64,000 bases of DNA from Candidatus Latescibacterota bacterium (GTDB taxonomy: Bacteria; Latescibacterota; UBA2968; UBA8231), in the NCBI GenBank assembly GCA_965206595.1, contig OZ242214.1, positions 3,936,001-4,000,000 on the forward strand, in the 5' to 3' direction. A model generated the notes under the pieces. The model made no database searches. It was given only the letters and a program-made list of their open reading frames with translations, and was not told the origin of the DNA. Shown piece after piece: positions 22,024 to 32,522 of the stretch (the stretch's first letter is position 1; the number at the start of each line of letters is the position of its first letter). The position numbers and the translations under genes were made by a program.

Positions 22024-23016
22024 GTGAACCGGATATTCCCAGAATTGCCCTCACCAACCCGATTGCTGCCGATGCTGCTCGCGCTCTCCACGTCGACACC
22101 CGCTGCGGACTCTCCCCCGAAAGCGGCCATCTCCAACGACCTGGTCACCGCCCGGATCTACCTGCCCGACGGCGACAACGGGTACTACCGCGGCACCCGC
22201 TTCGACTGGTCCGGCGTCATCTACAGCCTGACCCATGACGGACACGAGTACTTCGGGGAGTGGCAGGAGTCGGACGACCCCTACCTGCACGACCGCATAA
22301 CCGGTCCGGTCGACTCTTTCGGAGCGCTCGGGTACCGGCCGGGAGAGCCCGGGGCATCCTTCGTTCGCATCGGCGTCGGGGTCTGCCGGCAGCCGGATGA
22401 AGAGGATTTCCGCTGGAACCACACCTACCGCATCGTCGACCACGGCGGCTGGACGGTCGCCCGGGGCGGCAACTGGATCGAGTTCGGCCAGGCCGTCATG
22501 GACGACAGCTCCGGGTACGGGTATTCGTACTCGAAGCGGCTGACCCTGATCCCCGGCAGCGCCGAGCTGGTGATCGATCACGTCGTCGAGAACAGCGGCC
22601 GCCTGGCCATCGAAACGGACGTGTACAATCACAACTTCTTCGTCATCGACGGGCAGGCGACCGGTCCGGATTTCGTCGTGCGCTTTCCGTTCCCGCCGCT
22701 ACCCGACCAGGATCTGAAGGGATTCGCCGAGGTGAGCGGAAAGGAGCTGACCTATCTCGAGGAGATCCCGGAGGGAGCCTTTATCCTGACGCTGTTGAGC
22801 GGTTTTTCAGACCGGGCCGAGGATCACAGTTTCGCCATCGAAAACCGCAGGACCGGGGCAGGCGTGCGCATGGACGGAGACCGGCCGATGTCGAAGCTGC
22901 AGTACTGGTCCCCTTCCACCACCCTGTGCCCCGAGCCGTTCATCGACCTGAAGATCCCCCCGGGGCAGGCGGATCGCTGGTCGCTCCGCTACGGGTTCTA
23001 CAGCCTCGGCGACTGA
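22024..23016 (+). CDS. Secreted galactose-mutarotase-fold-like hypothetical protein
   Basis: Signal peptide, YYRGTRFDWSG, YNHNFF, TLCPEPF; start codon uncertain. Confidence 0.65.
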   Translation: MNRIFPELPSPTRLLPMLLALSTSTPAADSPPKAAISNDLVTARIYLPDGDNGYYRGTRFDWSGVIYSLTHDGHEYFGEWQESDDPYLHDRITGPVDSFGALGYRPGEPGASFVRIGVGVCRQPDEEDFRWNHTYRIVDHGGWTVARGGNWIEFGQAVMDDSSGYGYSYSKRLTLIPGSAELVIDHVVENSGRLAIETDVYNHNFFVIDGQATGPDFVVRFPFPPLPDQDLKGFAEVSGKELTYLEEIPEGAFILTLLSGFSDRAEDHSFAIENRRTGAGVRMDGDRPMSKLQYWSPSTTLCPEPFIDLKIPPGQADRWSLRYGFYSLGD

Positions 23017-23134
23017 TCCCGTGCGCGACGACGCCGGCCATACCTCCGGGGCGGCCGCCGGCAGCAAAGCGTTCGTCGCTTTCTACCCAGCCGGTCCGGC
23101 CAATTTTCGCAACCGGCCGCTTCCATGAACTGCC

Positions 23135-23410
23135 ATGCCTGACAGCGCCATCCGCCCCGGTGAGCCGTTCACCGCCGAAGAGACCGAACGCCTGATATCC
23201 CGGTTCCGGCGCGAGGGCTACTGCGACCTCGGGGCGGTGCTGGAGTTGCAAGAGGTCGAAGCCCTGCGCGAGGACATGCAGCGCAAGTGGGACGATGCGG
23301 CCATGCACGAGCCGGAGCGGGATCAGATCCGCGGCAGAAGCCTCATGCGCATGTTCGAGTACTCGGCGGCGTTCCGCGATCTCATCGTCCGCGAGCCGTT
23401 CGCCAGCCTC
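23135..23410 (+). pseudogene. Truncated 5' copy of the PhyH gene at 23994
   Basis: About 280 bp direct repeat of 23990-24269 with about 18 mismatches; similarity ends at 23410. Confidence 0.88.
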
Positions 23411-23533
23411 CGGAACGCCCCGTACACAGGTTGTACATCCTTCTCGTATTTGCAGGGAATCCCCTTGGATGCAGGCTGTGCGCCTGCACCATACCAGAGT
23501 GAATAAAAATACCAAATGGATCTCTAAGAAATC

Positions 23534-23875
23534 GTGGAATACGTCATCCCTGCAATCGTCATTCTAATCGGGAACCTATTCTCTGGGTGTCAAGGTTCTC
23601 GTAGGTGGGAATCTATCACTGCCCTGTTCGGCTGGACGGCAGGGATCACACTACCGCTTTGTTTCATCATTAAAATTACAAGCATGTTTTTTTCGATTCC
23701 ATCGTGGGTGAATGGGTTCCTTTGTCCTATGGGGTTCTTTTGCTTGCTGCAAGCCGTTACCCGTGATTACGAGCGTATTTTAAAACCGAAATTTGACACC
23801 TTGGATCTCAATGAGATCAAAAGAAGAGGATTGCGGGTAATCTTAAATTGGAAGAATCGGAGAAGAATGCGATGA
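23534..23875 (+). CDS. Low-GC small membrane protein
   Basis: 113 aa with about three hydrophobic segments, in an AT-rich insert between the PhyH repeats. Confidence 0.5.
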   Translation: MEYVIPAIVILIGNLFSGCQGSRRWESITALFGWTAGITLPLCFIIKITSMFFSIPSWVNGFLCPMGFFCLLQAVTRDYERILKPKFDTLDLNEIKRRGLRVILNWKNRRRMR

Positions 23876-23993
23876 TTGATCAAGTCAACAAATCTCTGAG
23901 TCCGATTTTAACATCAAAATACATAGAGAATTTGGATTTTCACCAACATGACAATCCGGACCATTGAGTTCCTCCGGTTTTCGAGAAAATGCC

Positions 23994-24821
23994 ATGCCTG
24001 ACAGCGCCATCCTCCCCGGTGAACCGTTCACCGCGGAAGAGACCGAACGCCTGATCTCCCGGTTCCAGCGGGAGGGGTACTGCGACCTCGGCCCGGTGCT
24101 CGAGCTGGAAGAGGTCGAGGCGTTGCGCGAGGACATGCAGCGCAAGTGGGACGATGCGGCCATGCACGAGCCAGAGCGGGATCAGATCCGCGGCAGAAGC
24201 CTCATGCGCATGTTCGAGTACTCGGCGGCCTTCCGCGACCTCATCGTCCGCGAGCCGTTCGCCAGCCTCGCCGAGGCGATCCTCGGGGAGGACTGCCACT
24301 GCATGTCCCAGAACGCGCTGTACACCCCGCCCGATCCCGGCGCCGCGACCGACGGCCCCGGGGGCTGGCACCTCGACGACCTCATCCACTTCCCGCTGCC
24401 GCCGCACATCCCCCGCCACTCTCCCGACGTGCCCCTGCCCTGCTTTGTGGTGCAGGTCTTCACCCCCCTGACCGACGTCGAGGAGCTGCGGCACGGTCCC
24501 ACGCAGGTCGTCCCGGAAAGCCATTTCGCCGGGCGGCGGCCCGGGGTGCAGGACCGGCCCTGCTTCGACGGCTACGGCCCGCACTCCTTCCTCGCCCTCC
24601 GGACCCACGCCTACATGTTCAACAACCAGGTCTGGCACCGGGGCGCCCCCAACACCTCGGACCGCACCCGCCTGATGGCCGGGGTGACCTACAGCAAGCG
24701 GTTCGTCTCCCAGAAGTTCTACCCCTTCATCGACTACCGCATGCCCGGCCACGTCTGGGACGGGGCCTCGCCGCGGCTGCAGCGCATGCTCGGACGGCAC
24801 GCCAAGGGCGCGTATGGCTGA
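23994..24821 (+). CDS. Phytanoyl-CoA dioxygenase (PhyH)-family protein
   Basis: GWHLDD (HxD), GPTQVVPESH, VWHRGAPNTSDRTR. Confidence 0.9.
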   Translation: MPDSAILPGEPFTAEETERLISRFQREGYCDLGPVLELEEVEALREDMQRKWDDAAMHEPERDQIRGRSLMRMFEYSAAFRDLIVREPFASLAEAILGEDCHCMSQNALYTPPDPGAATDGPGGWHLDDLIHFPLPPHIPRHSPDVPLPCFVVQVFTPLTDVEELRHGPTQVVPESHFAGRRPGVQDRPCFDGYGPHSFLALRTHAYMFNNQVWHRGAPNTSDRTRLMAGVTYSKRFVSQKFYPFIDYRMPGHVWDGASPRLQRMLGRHAKGAYG

Positions 24822-25575
24822 GGAAAGAAACGCCCCCCTGTTCGCCGACCGCACCGCCCTGGTAACCGGGGGCTCGCGCGGCATCGGCAGGGCCATCTGC
24901 GTCATGCTCGCCGAGCACGGGGCCGCGGTTGCCGTCAACTACGCGCAGAACGAGAAGGCGGCACGCGAAACCCTGAAGCAGGTCGGGGCCGCCGGCGCCC
25001 GGGGCCTGACCGTTCACGCGGACGTGTCCAGCGAAGAGGAGGTGGCGCGCATGGTGGCCGCCACTGTGTCCGGACTCGGCCCTGTCGACCTGCTGGTCAA
25101 CAACGCCGGCATGGCCGACAACGCGCCGCACCAGGAGGTCGGCTTTTCGGACTGGAAGAGGATGTTCGAAGTGAACGTCGACGGACCGTTCCTGACCACC
25201 TGGGCGGTCAAGGACGCGATGATCGACCGCGGCTACGGCCGCATCGTCAACATCTCGTCGCTGGCGGCGATGCTGCTGAAGAAGAACATGATCCCGTACG
25301 CGACGACCAAGGCGGCCGTGGTCGCCTTCACCCGCCACTGCTCGGAGGCGCTGGCCCCCCACAACATCCGCGTCAACTGCCTCGCCCCCGGGCTGACCGA
25401 CACCGAGATGGGGCGGTCGGCAAACCCCGACATGGTCGAGCAGCTGATCGCGGCGACCCCGCTCGGGCGCATGGCGGCACCCGAAGAGATGGCCGCCGCG
25501 GTCAGGTTCCTGCTCTCCGAGGAATCGAGCTTCATCACCGGACAGACGATCGTCGCCTGCGGCGGGCGCGTCTGA
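24814..25575 (+). CDS. Short-chain dehydrogenase/reductase (FabG-like)
   Basis: TGGSRGIG, NNAG, YATTK, FITGQTI. Confidence 0.92.
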   Translation: MAEERNAPLFADRTALVTGGSRGIGRAICVMLAEHGAAVAVNYAQNEKAARETLKQVGAAGARGLTVHADVSSEEEVARMVAATVSGLGPVDLLVNNAGMADNAPHQEVGFSDWKRMFEVNVDGPFLTTWAVKDAMIDRGYGRIVNISSLAAMLLKKNMIPYATTKAAVVAFTRHCSEALAPHNIRVNCLAPGLTDTEMGRSANPDMVEQLIAATPLGRMAAPEEMAAAVRFLLSEESSFITGQTIVACGGRV

Positions 25576-25607
25576 GGTGGGGCCGGCTGCTGGAGCAGCC
25601 CCCTCTC

Positions 25608-26834
25608 CTATCCCGGGAGGCGCTCGTTCGGCTTGCTGTACGACCCCGGGACGTAGGGGAATTTCTTCTCGACGTCGTCGATCAGCTCGACCCCGAAGCC
25701 CGGCTTGTCAGGCAGCTTCATGACCCCGTTCTCCACGGTCAGGGGCTCCTTGAAGATCTCCTCCTTCAGCGGGTTGCGGGTCTGGTTCAGCTCGCAGTAG
25801 TCGCGGTTGGGGATTGCGGCGACGTAGTGGGCGTTGGCCATGGTGGTGCCGCCGCCGTGCCAGTTGTGGGGGATGGCGAGCTTGCCGCGCAGATGGGCCA
25901 TGCGCGCGATGTACCAGTTCTCGGTGAGGCCGGCGACGTTGCAGTCGGTCTGGATGATGTCGAGGGCGCCGCGGTCGAGCCAGACCTGCGACTCGAAGCG
26001 CTCGAGGAAGCGCTCCCCTCCCGAGACCATCACCCTCGGCATCGCCTCGTTGAGCTCGACGAAGAGGTCGATGTGCTCGCTGTTGGTGCCGCCGAACGCC
26101 TCCTCGAACCAGTAGAAGCCCAACTCCTCCAGGATCGGCGCGAACTCCGTGATCACCGCTTCGAGCGACCCGAGGAGGGTGCCGATCCCCTCGTGCATGA
26201 GGCGGAAGTCAGGCCCCACGGCCTCGCGCAGGCGGCGCAGGATGGGGACATAGGCGTCGAAGGTCATGCCGCTCCGCTCCCAGTCGGTGCCGGTGCGGAA
26301 CTTGAAGGCGTCGTACCCCTGCTCCTTGTAGCGCAGCGCCTCTTCGATCAGGGACTGCTCGCCGCCGTCGTGCCAGACGTGCTCGACGCCGCCGCTGGCG
26401 TAGATCCCGATCTCGTCGACGGCCCCTTCTTCGGTGGCCAGCAGCTGCCGCACCGGAACCCCCCTGGCCTTGCCGATGATGTCCCAGCAGGCGCAGTCGA
26501 CCCCGGCCCAGGGAGCGCGGCTGTGGCGGTCGGAATTGCCGCGGTTGCAGAGGAACTCGACGTCGAACGGGTTCTTGCCGAGCAGCAGCGGCTTGATCGT
26601 CCGCTCGGTGTACTCCCGGATGTATTCCGGCCCCTCGTAGGGGGAGCCTTCGCCGATGCCGACGATCCCCTGATCCGTGAAGATCCGGGTGATGGCGCCG
26701 TCGGTCTTCCAGACCTGGTAGGTGCCGCAGTGCCACAGGTCGCCGGCCGGATCGACGTAGGAGAGGGGGAGGACATCGATGTCGGTGATGGCAATGTTCT
26801 CGCGTTCGATTCCGTCCAACGGGTGGTTGCGCAT
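25608..26834 (-). CDS. Mandelate racemase/muconate lactonizing enzyme family protein
   Basis: GIGEG, GVDCACWDIIGK, KFR, WFEE, SGGE, PHNW, PGFGVEL. Confidence 0.88.
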   Translation of the reverse strand: MRNHPLDGIERENIAITDIDVLPLSYVDPAGDLWHCGTYQVWKTDGAITRIFTDQGIVGIGEGSPYEGPEYIREYTERTIKPLLLGKNPFDVEFLCNRGNSDRHSRAPWAGVDCACWDIIGKARGVPVRQLLATEEGAVDEIGIYASGGVEHVWHDGGEQSLIEEALRYKEQGYDAFKFRTGTDWERSGMTFDAYVPILRRLREAVGPDFRLMHEGIGTLLGSLEAVITEFAPILEELGFYWFEEAFGGTNSEHIDLFVELNEAMPRVMVSGGERFLERFESQVWLDRGALDIIQTDCNVAGLTENWYIARMAHLRGKLAIPHNWHGGGTTMANAHYVAAIPNRDYCELNQTRNPLKEEIFKEPLTVENGVMKLPDKPGFGVELIDDVEKKFPYVPGSYSKPNERLPG

Positions 26835-27144
26835 GTTGCTTCCTTCGCGTTTCGGAGGGGGCTGTTTCCGCTCATACAATCGAAGAAACCTTCATCGCAG
26901 ACAAAGGAGCCCTGGGATGTGCCTTATCCAATTGGAGCACGGACGCCCCGGCGCCTTGTCCCTCGAAACGCCTCCTTTATACTTCCTTGGGCCAAGAAAG
27001 GCGGGGGACGCTCACCTCTCCGCGGATACCAGAGGCCCCGCGACCAGCGAGGGTTTCGTGTCTGAAGTGAAGGGGGAGCCGGTGCGTACCTCCGGCTTGG
27101 CTGGGTCCCGGGCAGGCTGACAATCAGGAAATGGAGGAAAACGA

Positions 27145-27354
27145 ATGGCTGAGTACACCGCGGTAATAAAGAATGAAGGTGACTGGTGGATCGGCTGGAT
27201 TGAAGAGATCCCCGGAGTGAACTGTCAGGAACGCACCCACCAGGAACTCGTTGAGACTTTGCGGGTGACCCTTCGAGAAGCCCTCGAATTCAACCGCCAG
27301 GAGGCGAAGTCGGCCGCCGGTCCGGACTATGTGGAAGAGCAGATCGCCGTATGA
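27145..27354 (+). CDS. hicB: HicB-family antitoxin
   Basis: YTAVIKNEGDWWIGWIEEIPGVNCQERT; GGAGG RBS; ATGA overlap with hicA. Confidence 0.85.
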   Translation: MAEYTAVIKNEGDWWIGWIEEIPGVNCQERTHQELVETLRVTLREALEFNRQEAKSAAGPDYVEEQIAV

Positions 27355-27539
27355 AGCGGCAGCAGCTGCTCAAGCACTTGCGGGCAAGCGGTTGCGAGCT
27401 TCTACGGGAAGGTGGGAAACATTCCTGGTGGCACAATCCCACTCTCAACTACAGATCGGCGATACCCCGACACAGGGAGATCGTGGATGTCCTCGCTCGA
27501 AAGATCTGCCGGGAGTTTGGCGTCGAACCCCCGAACTGA
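27351..27539 (+). CDS. hicA: HicA-family mRNase toxin
   Basis: LLREGGKHSWW..AIPRHREI..ARKIC. Confidence 0.88.
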   Translation: MKRQQLLKHLRASGCELLREGGKHSWWHNPTLNYRSAIPRHREIVDVLARKICREFGVEPPN

Positions 27540-27612
27540 CCAGCTCCGTGCTGACCGAAATCGGGTCGAATAAATGACGGCTGACAATCCAGCATCGAGA
27601 AGAGCCGGAGAC

Positions 27613-28010
27613 CGCGTACAGAGTTCGGGAGTGAAGTTGTAACCCGGGACGCCTGGGTTTCGGAGAACCGTCTGAAGGCCATGCCGCTGTTGGAGGGGGA
27701 ACCGGACAACACGAGCGACAGCAAAGGCTTCGATTTCCAGTTTAGCTACCGCCACAAGAGGTGGTACATCGAGGTAAAGGCGACCGCCGGAGACGACCCA
27801 CAATTCGATCTTGGGATTAGCGAAATCAATAAGGCGACCCGCCTTGCCCGGGCACGAAGTGGGAGATGGCGAATCCTGCGAGTTCGAAACGCGTTGTCGA
27901 ATCAGCCAGAATTCGACTGGCTACCCAACCCGTTTGAGGAACGGTTCAGCAAGCTCTTCCGCTTGCAAAAAGGCGGAATGTCGGTGTCTTACACACGGAA
28001 AGAGGGATAG
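27613..28010 (+). pseudogene. C-terminal DUF3883 (NO VEIN-like) nuclease fragment of a larger protein
   Basis: WVSENR..DSKGFDF..IEVKAT..FDLGISEI; the open frame extends upstream of ATG 27681 without a convincing start. Confidence 0.65.
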
Positions 28011-28153
28011 TGCTTCATCCAGCCTTCTCAGCGGGATCGGATGCCAACTTGCGAATCGTCAGGAAGGCCACCCCACTCTGGACCAGTTCCGTTTAACCGA
28101 CTTTCCTGCCAATTCCGCAAAAACCCCACTTTCAAACGTTCCCCTGCTGACAG

Positions 28154-30049
28154 CTACCACGGCAAAGAGTACGACGGCTCGCTGGCGTACCGCTCCATCC
28201 CCAGGTCGAGGCGGATGCGGGAGCCGGGAGCGAGCCCGACGGTGAACTTCCGGTCGTTCACCTCGACCGTCCGCTCCTCCAGCTGCCCCTCGACCACCTC
28301 CCGGAACTGGGCTTCGTGCGTCTGGCTCGCCGCGGCCTCTTCAGCACCGAGGAGACGGCGCTGCTGATACGAGGCGCTGGTGAAGCGGTGCTCGCCGAAG
28401 ACCCCGGCCTGCACCAGCATCTCCCGCTCCTCGGTGGCGCTGAGGTTCACCAGCTGCACGACGACGCGGTCCTCTTCGAGGCGCTCGACCAGGGCGGCGA
28501 CGTCGCGCGGCAGTCCGGGCCGGCGGCGGTGGCAGTCGAAGTAGCGCAGCCGGGCAACCTGCAGTCCGCCGTTGTACAGGTAGAGCGGACCGCCCATGGT
28601 CAGCTGCAGCAGCCCCTCCACGGTGATGGGATTGCGCACTTGCAGGTACCAGTCGCCGTAGGTGGCCGGGTCCTGCCGGTCGTCGCGCATGAACGCCAGC
28701 CGCTGGCGCACCTGGGCGTGGTTGTGGCGCAGGATGTCGAGCGCAAACCCGGGGTACTCCCCGTTGAGCCACGAGAACCAGGCGGCCTCGTGGCCGGCCC
28801 CGTGCTTGGAGCCGTGCGAGCGGATCCCGCGCCAGTTCTCCGACTCGTGGTTGCGCTGCTGCCGCAGCCGTTCCGCGTCGGCGGCTCTCATCGTCATCTG
28901 CCAGACGTGCGTCATCGGGGCGGCCTGCATCGGCGCGTACCCGTCCCATCCCTTGTCGTGATAATGATGGGGAGCGTACATGGTGAGGCCGCGGCGTTCC
29001 CCCTTCTCCATCAGCAGGTCGATCTGCGAACGCGGGAACTCCATGTAGCCGGGGTCGCGGCAGAGCAGCGCGGCGTTCTCCGCCGCCGCGGTAACCGCGT
29101 CGGCCATCAGGTGCCAGCCGTGCGGCCAGGTCCAGCCGTAGTAGCCGCCCCACCACTTGCCGTCGATGTACTCGCCGACCTTGCCCGACAGGCCGACGTT
29201 GTCGGGGATGATGCCGCCGTTCTCCCGGCTGCGCTCCATCCAGCTTTCCGTGTATTCGACCACCCAGTCGCGGTACTTGGCCTCGCCGCCGAACAGGTAG
29301 GCGTTGGCGACCAGGGTGGTGGCGCCGAGGTTGGTGGCGACGTCGCCGCGCCCCATGCGCTCGACGAGGGTGCGCCCCATCAGCTCCTCCATGCCCGGAT
29401 TCCGAAGGTCCTCGACCGTGTCGATGCCGGGCAGGTCGTGGAACGGCAGGGGCCACGGCTTCCACTGGTCGTAGCGGTAGGCGGTGTAGTGCTTTTCGAA
29501 GTTGCGGAACGCCGGCCCCATCGAGCCGTTGTGGGCGCATTTGATCAGCTTCTTTTCCGGGTCGTAGTTGAGCGCCTCCGGGTCCTCGTTGAGGTAAAAG
29601 CCGGCGTAGCGCCTCGCCCTGTCGGCGTTGCGCTCGTTTCCCGGGTCCGCGAGGCAGAGGTGGTAGAAGAAGGCGTACCCCTCCCCCTGGTGCATCCAGT
29701 CGTACCCCTGCTCGTACTCCTTGACCACCATCGGGTGTCCGTGCCCGGTGCCGTAGCGGCTGAACTGGCGGGTGATCCCCTCCCAGGCGAGATGGGAATA
29801 CTCGAGCAGGTGGTCGCCTCCCCCCATGAGATAGAAGAGCGGCCAGTTGTGGAAGCTCTCGTAGGCGTCGTCGAGGCCGTCGATACCGGTGAAATCCTCC
29901 CGGGTCGGCCACATCACCGCGCCGTCGCCGCGCACGTAGCGCTCCATCACGGGGGCTACCGAGTCGTCCATCAGGTCGATGAGGCTGCGCTCGAGCAGGG
30001 CCCATTCGGGCGCCTCGACAAACGGGATATTCGCTTGGATTCGGGTCAT
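28154..30049 (-). CDS. Conserved hypothetical protein (631 aa, aromatic-rich, probably helical toroid)
   Basis: Host-like codon usage; DDAYESFHNWP, YDWMHQGEG, IPDNVG..WWGGYYGWTWPHG, RPGLPRDVAALV. Confidence 0.75.
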   Translation of the reverse strand: MTRIQANIPFVEAPEWALLERSLIDLMDDSVAPVMERYVRGDGAVMWPTREDFTGIDGLDDAYESFHNWPLFYLMGGGDHLLEYSHLAWEGITRQFSRYGTGHGHPMVVKEYEQGYDWMHQGEGYAFFYHLCLADPGNERNADRARRYAGFYLNEDPEALNYDPEKKLIKCAHNGSMGPAFRNFEKHYTAYRYDQWKPWPLPFHDLPGIDTVEDLRNPGMEELMGRTLVERMGRGDVATNLGATTLVANAYLFGGEAKYRDWVVEYTESWMERSRENGGIIPDNVGLSGKVGEYIDGKWWGGYYGWTWPHGWHLMADAVTAAAENAALLCRDPGYMEFPRSQIDLLMEKGERRGLTMYAPHHYHDKGWDGYAPMQAAPMTHVWQMTMRAADAERLRQQRNHESENWRGIRSHGSKHGAGHEAAWFSWLNGEYPGFALDILRHNHAQVRQRLAFMRDDRQDPATYGDWYLQVRNPITVEGLLQLTMGGPLYLYNGGLQVARLRYFDCHRRRPGLPRDVAALVERLEEDRVVVQLVNLSATEEREMLVQAGVFGEHRFTSASYQQRRLLGAEEAAASQTHEAQFREVVEGQLEERTVEVNDRKFTVGLAPGSRIRLDLGMERYASEPSYSLPW

Positions 30050-30192
30050 GGTTCCGGCCTCCGGGCCGGTCGGATCAGGGTGGGTACACTTTCACGCGGG
30101 CTCCCGAGCCCGGGAGACTTTCCCTGCGACGGCTCGACGGTCAAGGCGGAATTCCACCGGCGGCGCCTGCGCACGACCGGGGCAACGTTGCC

Positions 30193-31443
30193 TCAACCGC
30201 CGGCCGACAGGTCGAGGCAGACGATCTCCTCCTGGTTGCGCAGGAAGAGCCTGCCGCCTGCCAGAGACGGAGCCGTCCAGCACTTCCCGTTCACCACCTG
30301 GAACCCGGCCTTGCGGCGATAGGCGTCCGGCGCCGCCTCGACCAGCGCCAGCTCTCCCTCCTCACCCAGGACGATCAGGTGTCCGTCGGCGAGGATCAGC
30401 GAGCCTTTGTTGAATCCCCGGTAGCGCCAGCGCATCTCCCCGGTCGCCGCGGAGATGCATTTGAGTATGGCGTTGTCGAAACCGTAGAGATGGCCGTCGT
30501 GCAGCACCGAAGAGTTGAACCAGTTCTTCATCTCCCGGCGGAACCAGACCTCCTCGACGCCGAGCGTGCCCGGCTCTCCGGTCATCTCGACGAGGGCCGC
30601 CCCCTTGTCGTAGGCCGCGGAGATGAAAACCCGGTCCTGCGTCACCATCAGGGGGGTGGCGATGTTGATGTTCCCCTTGAACGGGTAGCGCCAGTTGAGC
30701 TCGCCGCTGGCCGGCGCCAGCGACACCAGGGCGTGCTCGGTCAGCGACAGCACCTGCCGGGCCCCGCGCGCGGTGACCGCAATCGGCGAGGAGTAGTCGC
30801 CGCCGTCCTCGAGGGAAGTCCAGGCCACCGCGCCCGTCTCCTTGTTGAAGGCGGCGATGCAATGGGAGCCCCCGGTGCCTCCCTGGATGATCAGCAGCTC
30901 CCCCTCGACCAGCGGCGAGGCGGCGAACCCCCAGCTCGGGACGCCGCTGCCGAGAACCTCGCGCAGATTTGACGCCCAAAGGGTTTCGCCGCTGCCGGCG
31001 TTCAGCGCCACCAGCTTTCCCTGCGAGCTCAGGAAGAACACCCTGTCGCCTTCCACGGTCGGCGTCGAGCGCGGTCCGTTGCCATTCCCTTCGGTGAACT
31101 TCACGTCGAGCCGGCGCTTCCAGAGCTGCTTCCCGGTCGCCGCTTCCAGGCACAGGGCGAACTCCTCCTCGCCAGCGGCGACCATGGTGAAGGCGCGGTC
31201 CCCGGCGACCGAAACGCTGGAGAACCCCTCGCCTCCCGGCACCCTCCAGACCACGGGGGGGCCTGCCGCCGGCCACTCGCGAAGGAGGCCGGTCTCCGGG
31301 GAAATCCCGTTCCGGTTCGGGCCCCGCCACTGGGGCCAGTCCTCTCCGTGGGACGGGTCCGCCAACCGGGGAAGCGCCAGCAGCGCCAGTGCTGCGGCGG
31401 TCGGGGCGGCAAGTTGCTTCAGTCTTTCCAACACTCGTGTCAT
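30193..31443 (-). CDS. PQQ-like beta-propeller (BamB-like) repeat protein
   Basis: Signal peptide, DWPQWRGPNRNG, GPRSTP, YSSPI, CWTAPSLAGGRLFLR. Confidence 0.9.
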   Translation of the reverse strand: MTRVLERLKQLAAPTAAALALLALPRLADPSHGEDWPQWRGPNRNGISPETGLLREWPAAGPPVVWRVPGGEGFSSVSVAGDRAFTMVAAGEEEFALCLEAATGKQLWKRRLDVKFTEGNGNGPRSTPTVEGDRVFFLSSQGKLVALNAGSGETLWASNLREVLGSGVPSWGFAASPLVEGELLIIQGGTGGSHCIAAFNKETGAVAWTSLEDGGDYSSPIAVTARGARQVLSLTEHALVSLAPASGELNWRYPFKGNINIATPLMVTQDRVFISAAYDKGAALVEMTGEPGTLGVEEVWFRREMKNWFNSSVLHDGHLYGFDNAILKCISAATGEMRWRYRGFNKGSLILADGHLIVLGEEGELALVEAAPDAYRRKAGFQVVNGKCWTAPSLAGGRLFLRNQEEIVCLDLSAGG

Positions 31444-31455
31444 GACGGCTCCTGG

Positions 31456-32034
31456 TCAGCTGTTTCTTTGAGGTGCGAAGCGTTCGGTGATCAGCATCGA
31501 CGGCGTTCCCGCGGTGACGAAGCGATAGGTGCGGCTGACGACCGGCCGGTCGGGGGGCAGTCCCGGAAGGTCGACCTGCTCCATTCCGCACCAGAGCAGG
31601 TCGCCGTGCAGCTCGATCCGCTCCCGGCGCAGGGCGCGGCCGATGCCGAGATCCGGTCTGGCGAGGGCGATCCGCAACCCGGGAGGCAGGCGCTCCTCGA
31701 CCATCAGGGCCTGCCCGTGGACGTACACCCTGCCGCTCTCGGCGCCGGTCAGCAGCACCGAGCGCGAGGCGACCCGGTCGCCTGACGCGGCCTGCAGCCA
31801 GGGCTGGTCGCCGTCCAGGGCGATCCTCTCCTGAGACAGCGGTCGGACGTCGACCCCTTCGAGCTGGTGCGCCTCGATGAACTGGGTCACCAGGCCGACG
31901 ATGACCAGCAGGCTGCGCTCGAACGGGGTCAGCGCCTCGAGGTCGATCTCCCCCAGGTGGGCGGGCCGCTTCTGCTGGGCGATGAAAAGCCGCGGCAGGA
32001 GTCCGCCGGAGAAACCGCCGTCCCCCTTGCTCAT
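31456..32034 (-). CDS. Chorismate pyruvate-lyase/DUF98-like protein
   Basis: ERSLLVIVGLVTQFIEA, SRSVLL, GIGRALR..IE, SRTYR..MLITERF. Confidence 0.7.
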   Translation of the reverse strand: MSKGDGGFSGGLLPRLFIAQQKRPAHLGEIDLEALTPFERSLLVIVGLVTQFIEAHQLEGVDVRPLSQERIALDGDQPWLQAASGDRVASRSVLLTGAESGRVYVHGQALMVEERLPPGLRIALARPDLGIGRALRRERIELHGDLLWCGMEQVDLPGLPPDRPVVSRTYRFVTAGTPSMLITERFAPQRNS

Positions 32035-32050
32035 GGCCGCTCGCGGCTGA

Positions 32051-32512
<462 letters not shown>

Positions 32513-32522
32513 GCGACTCCTC

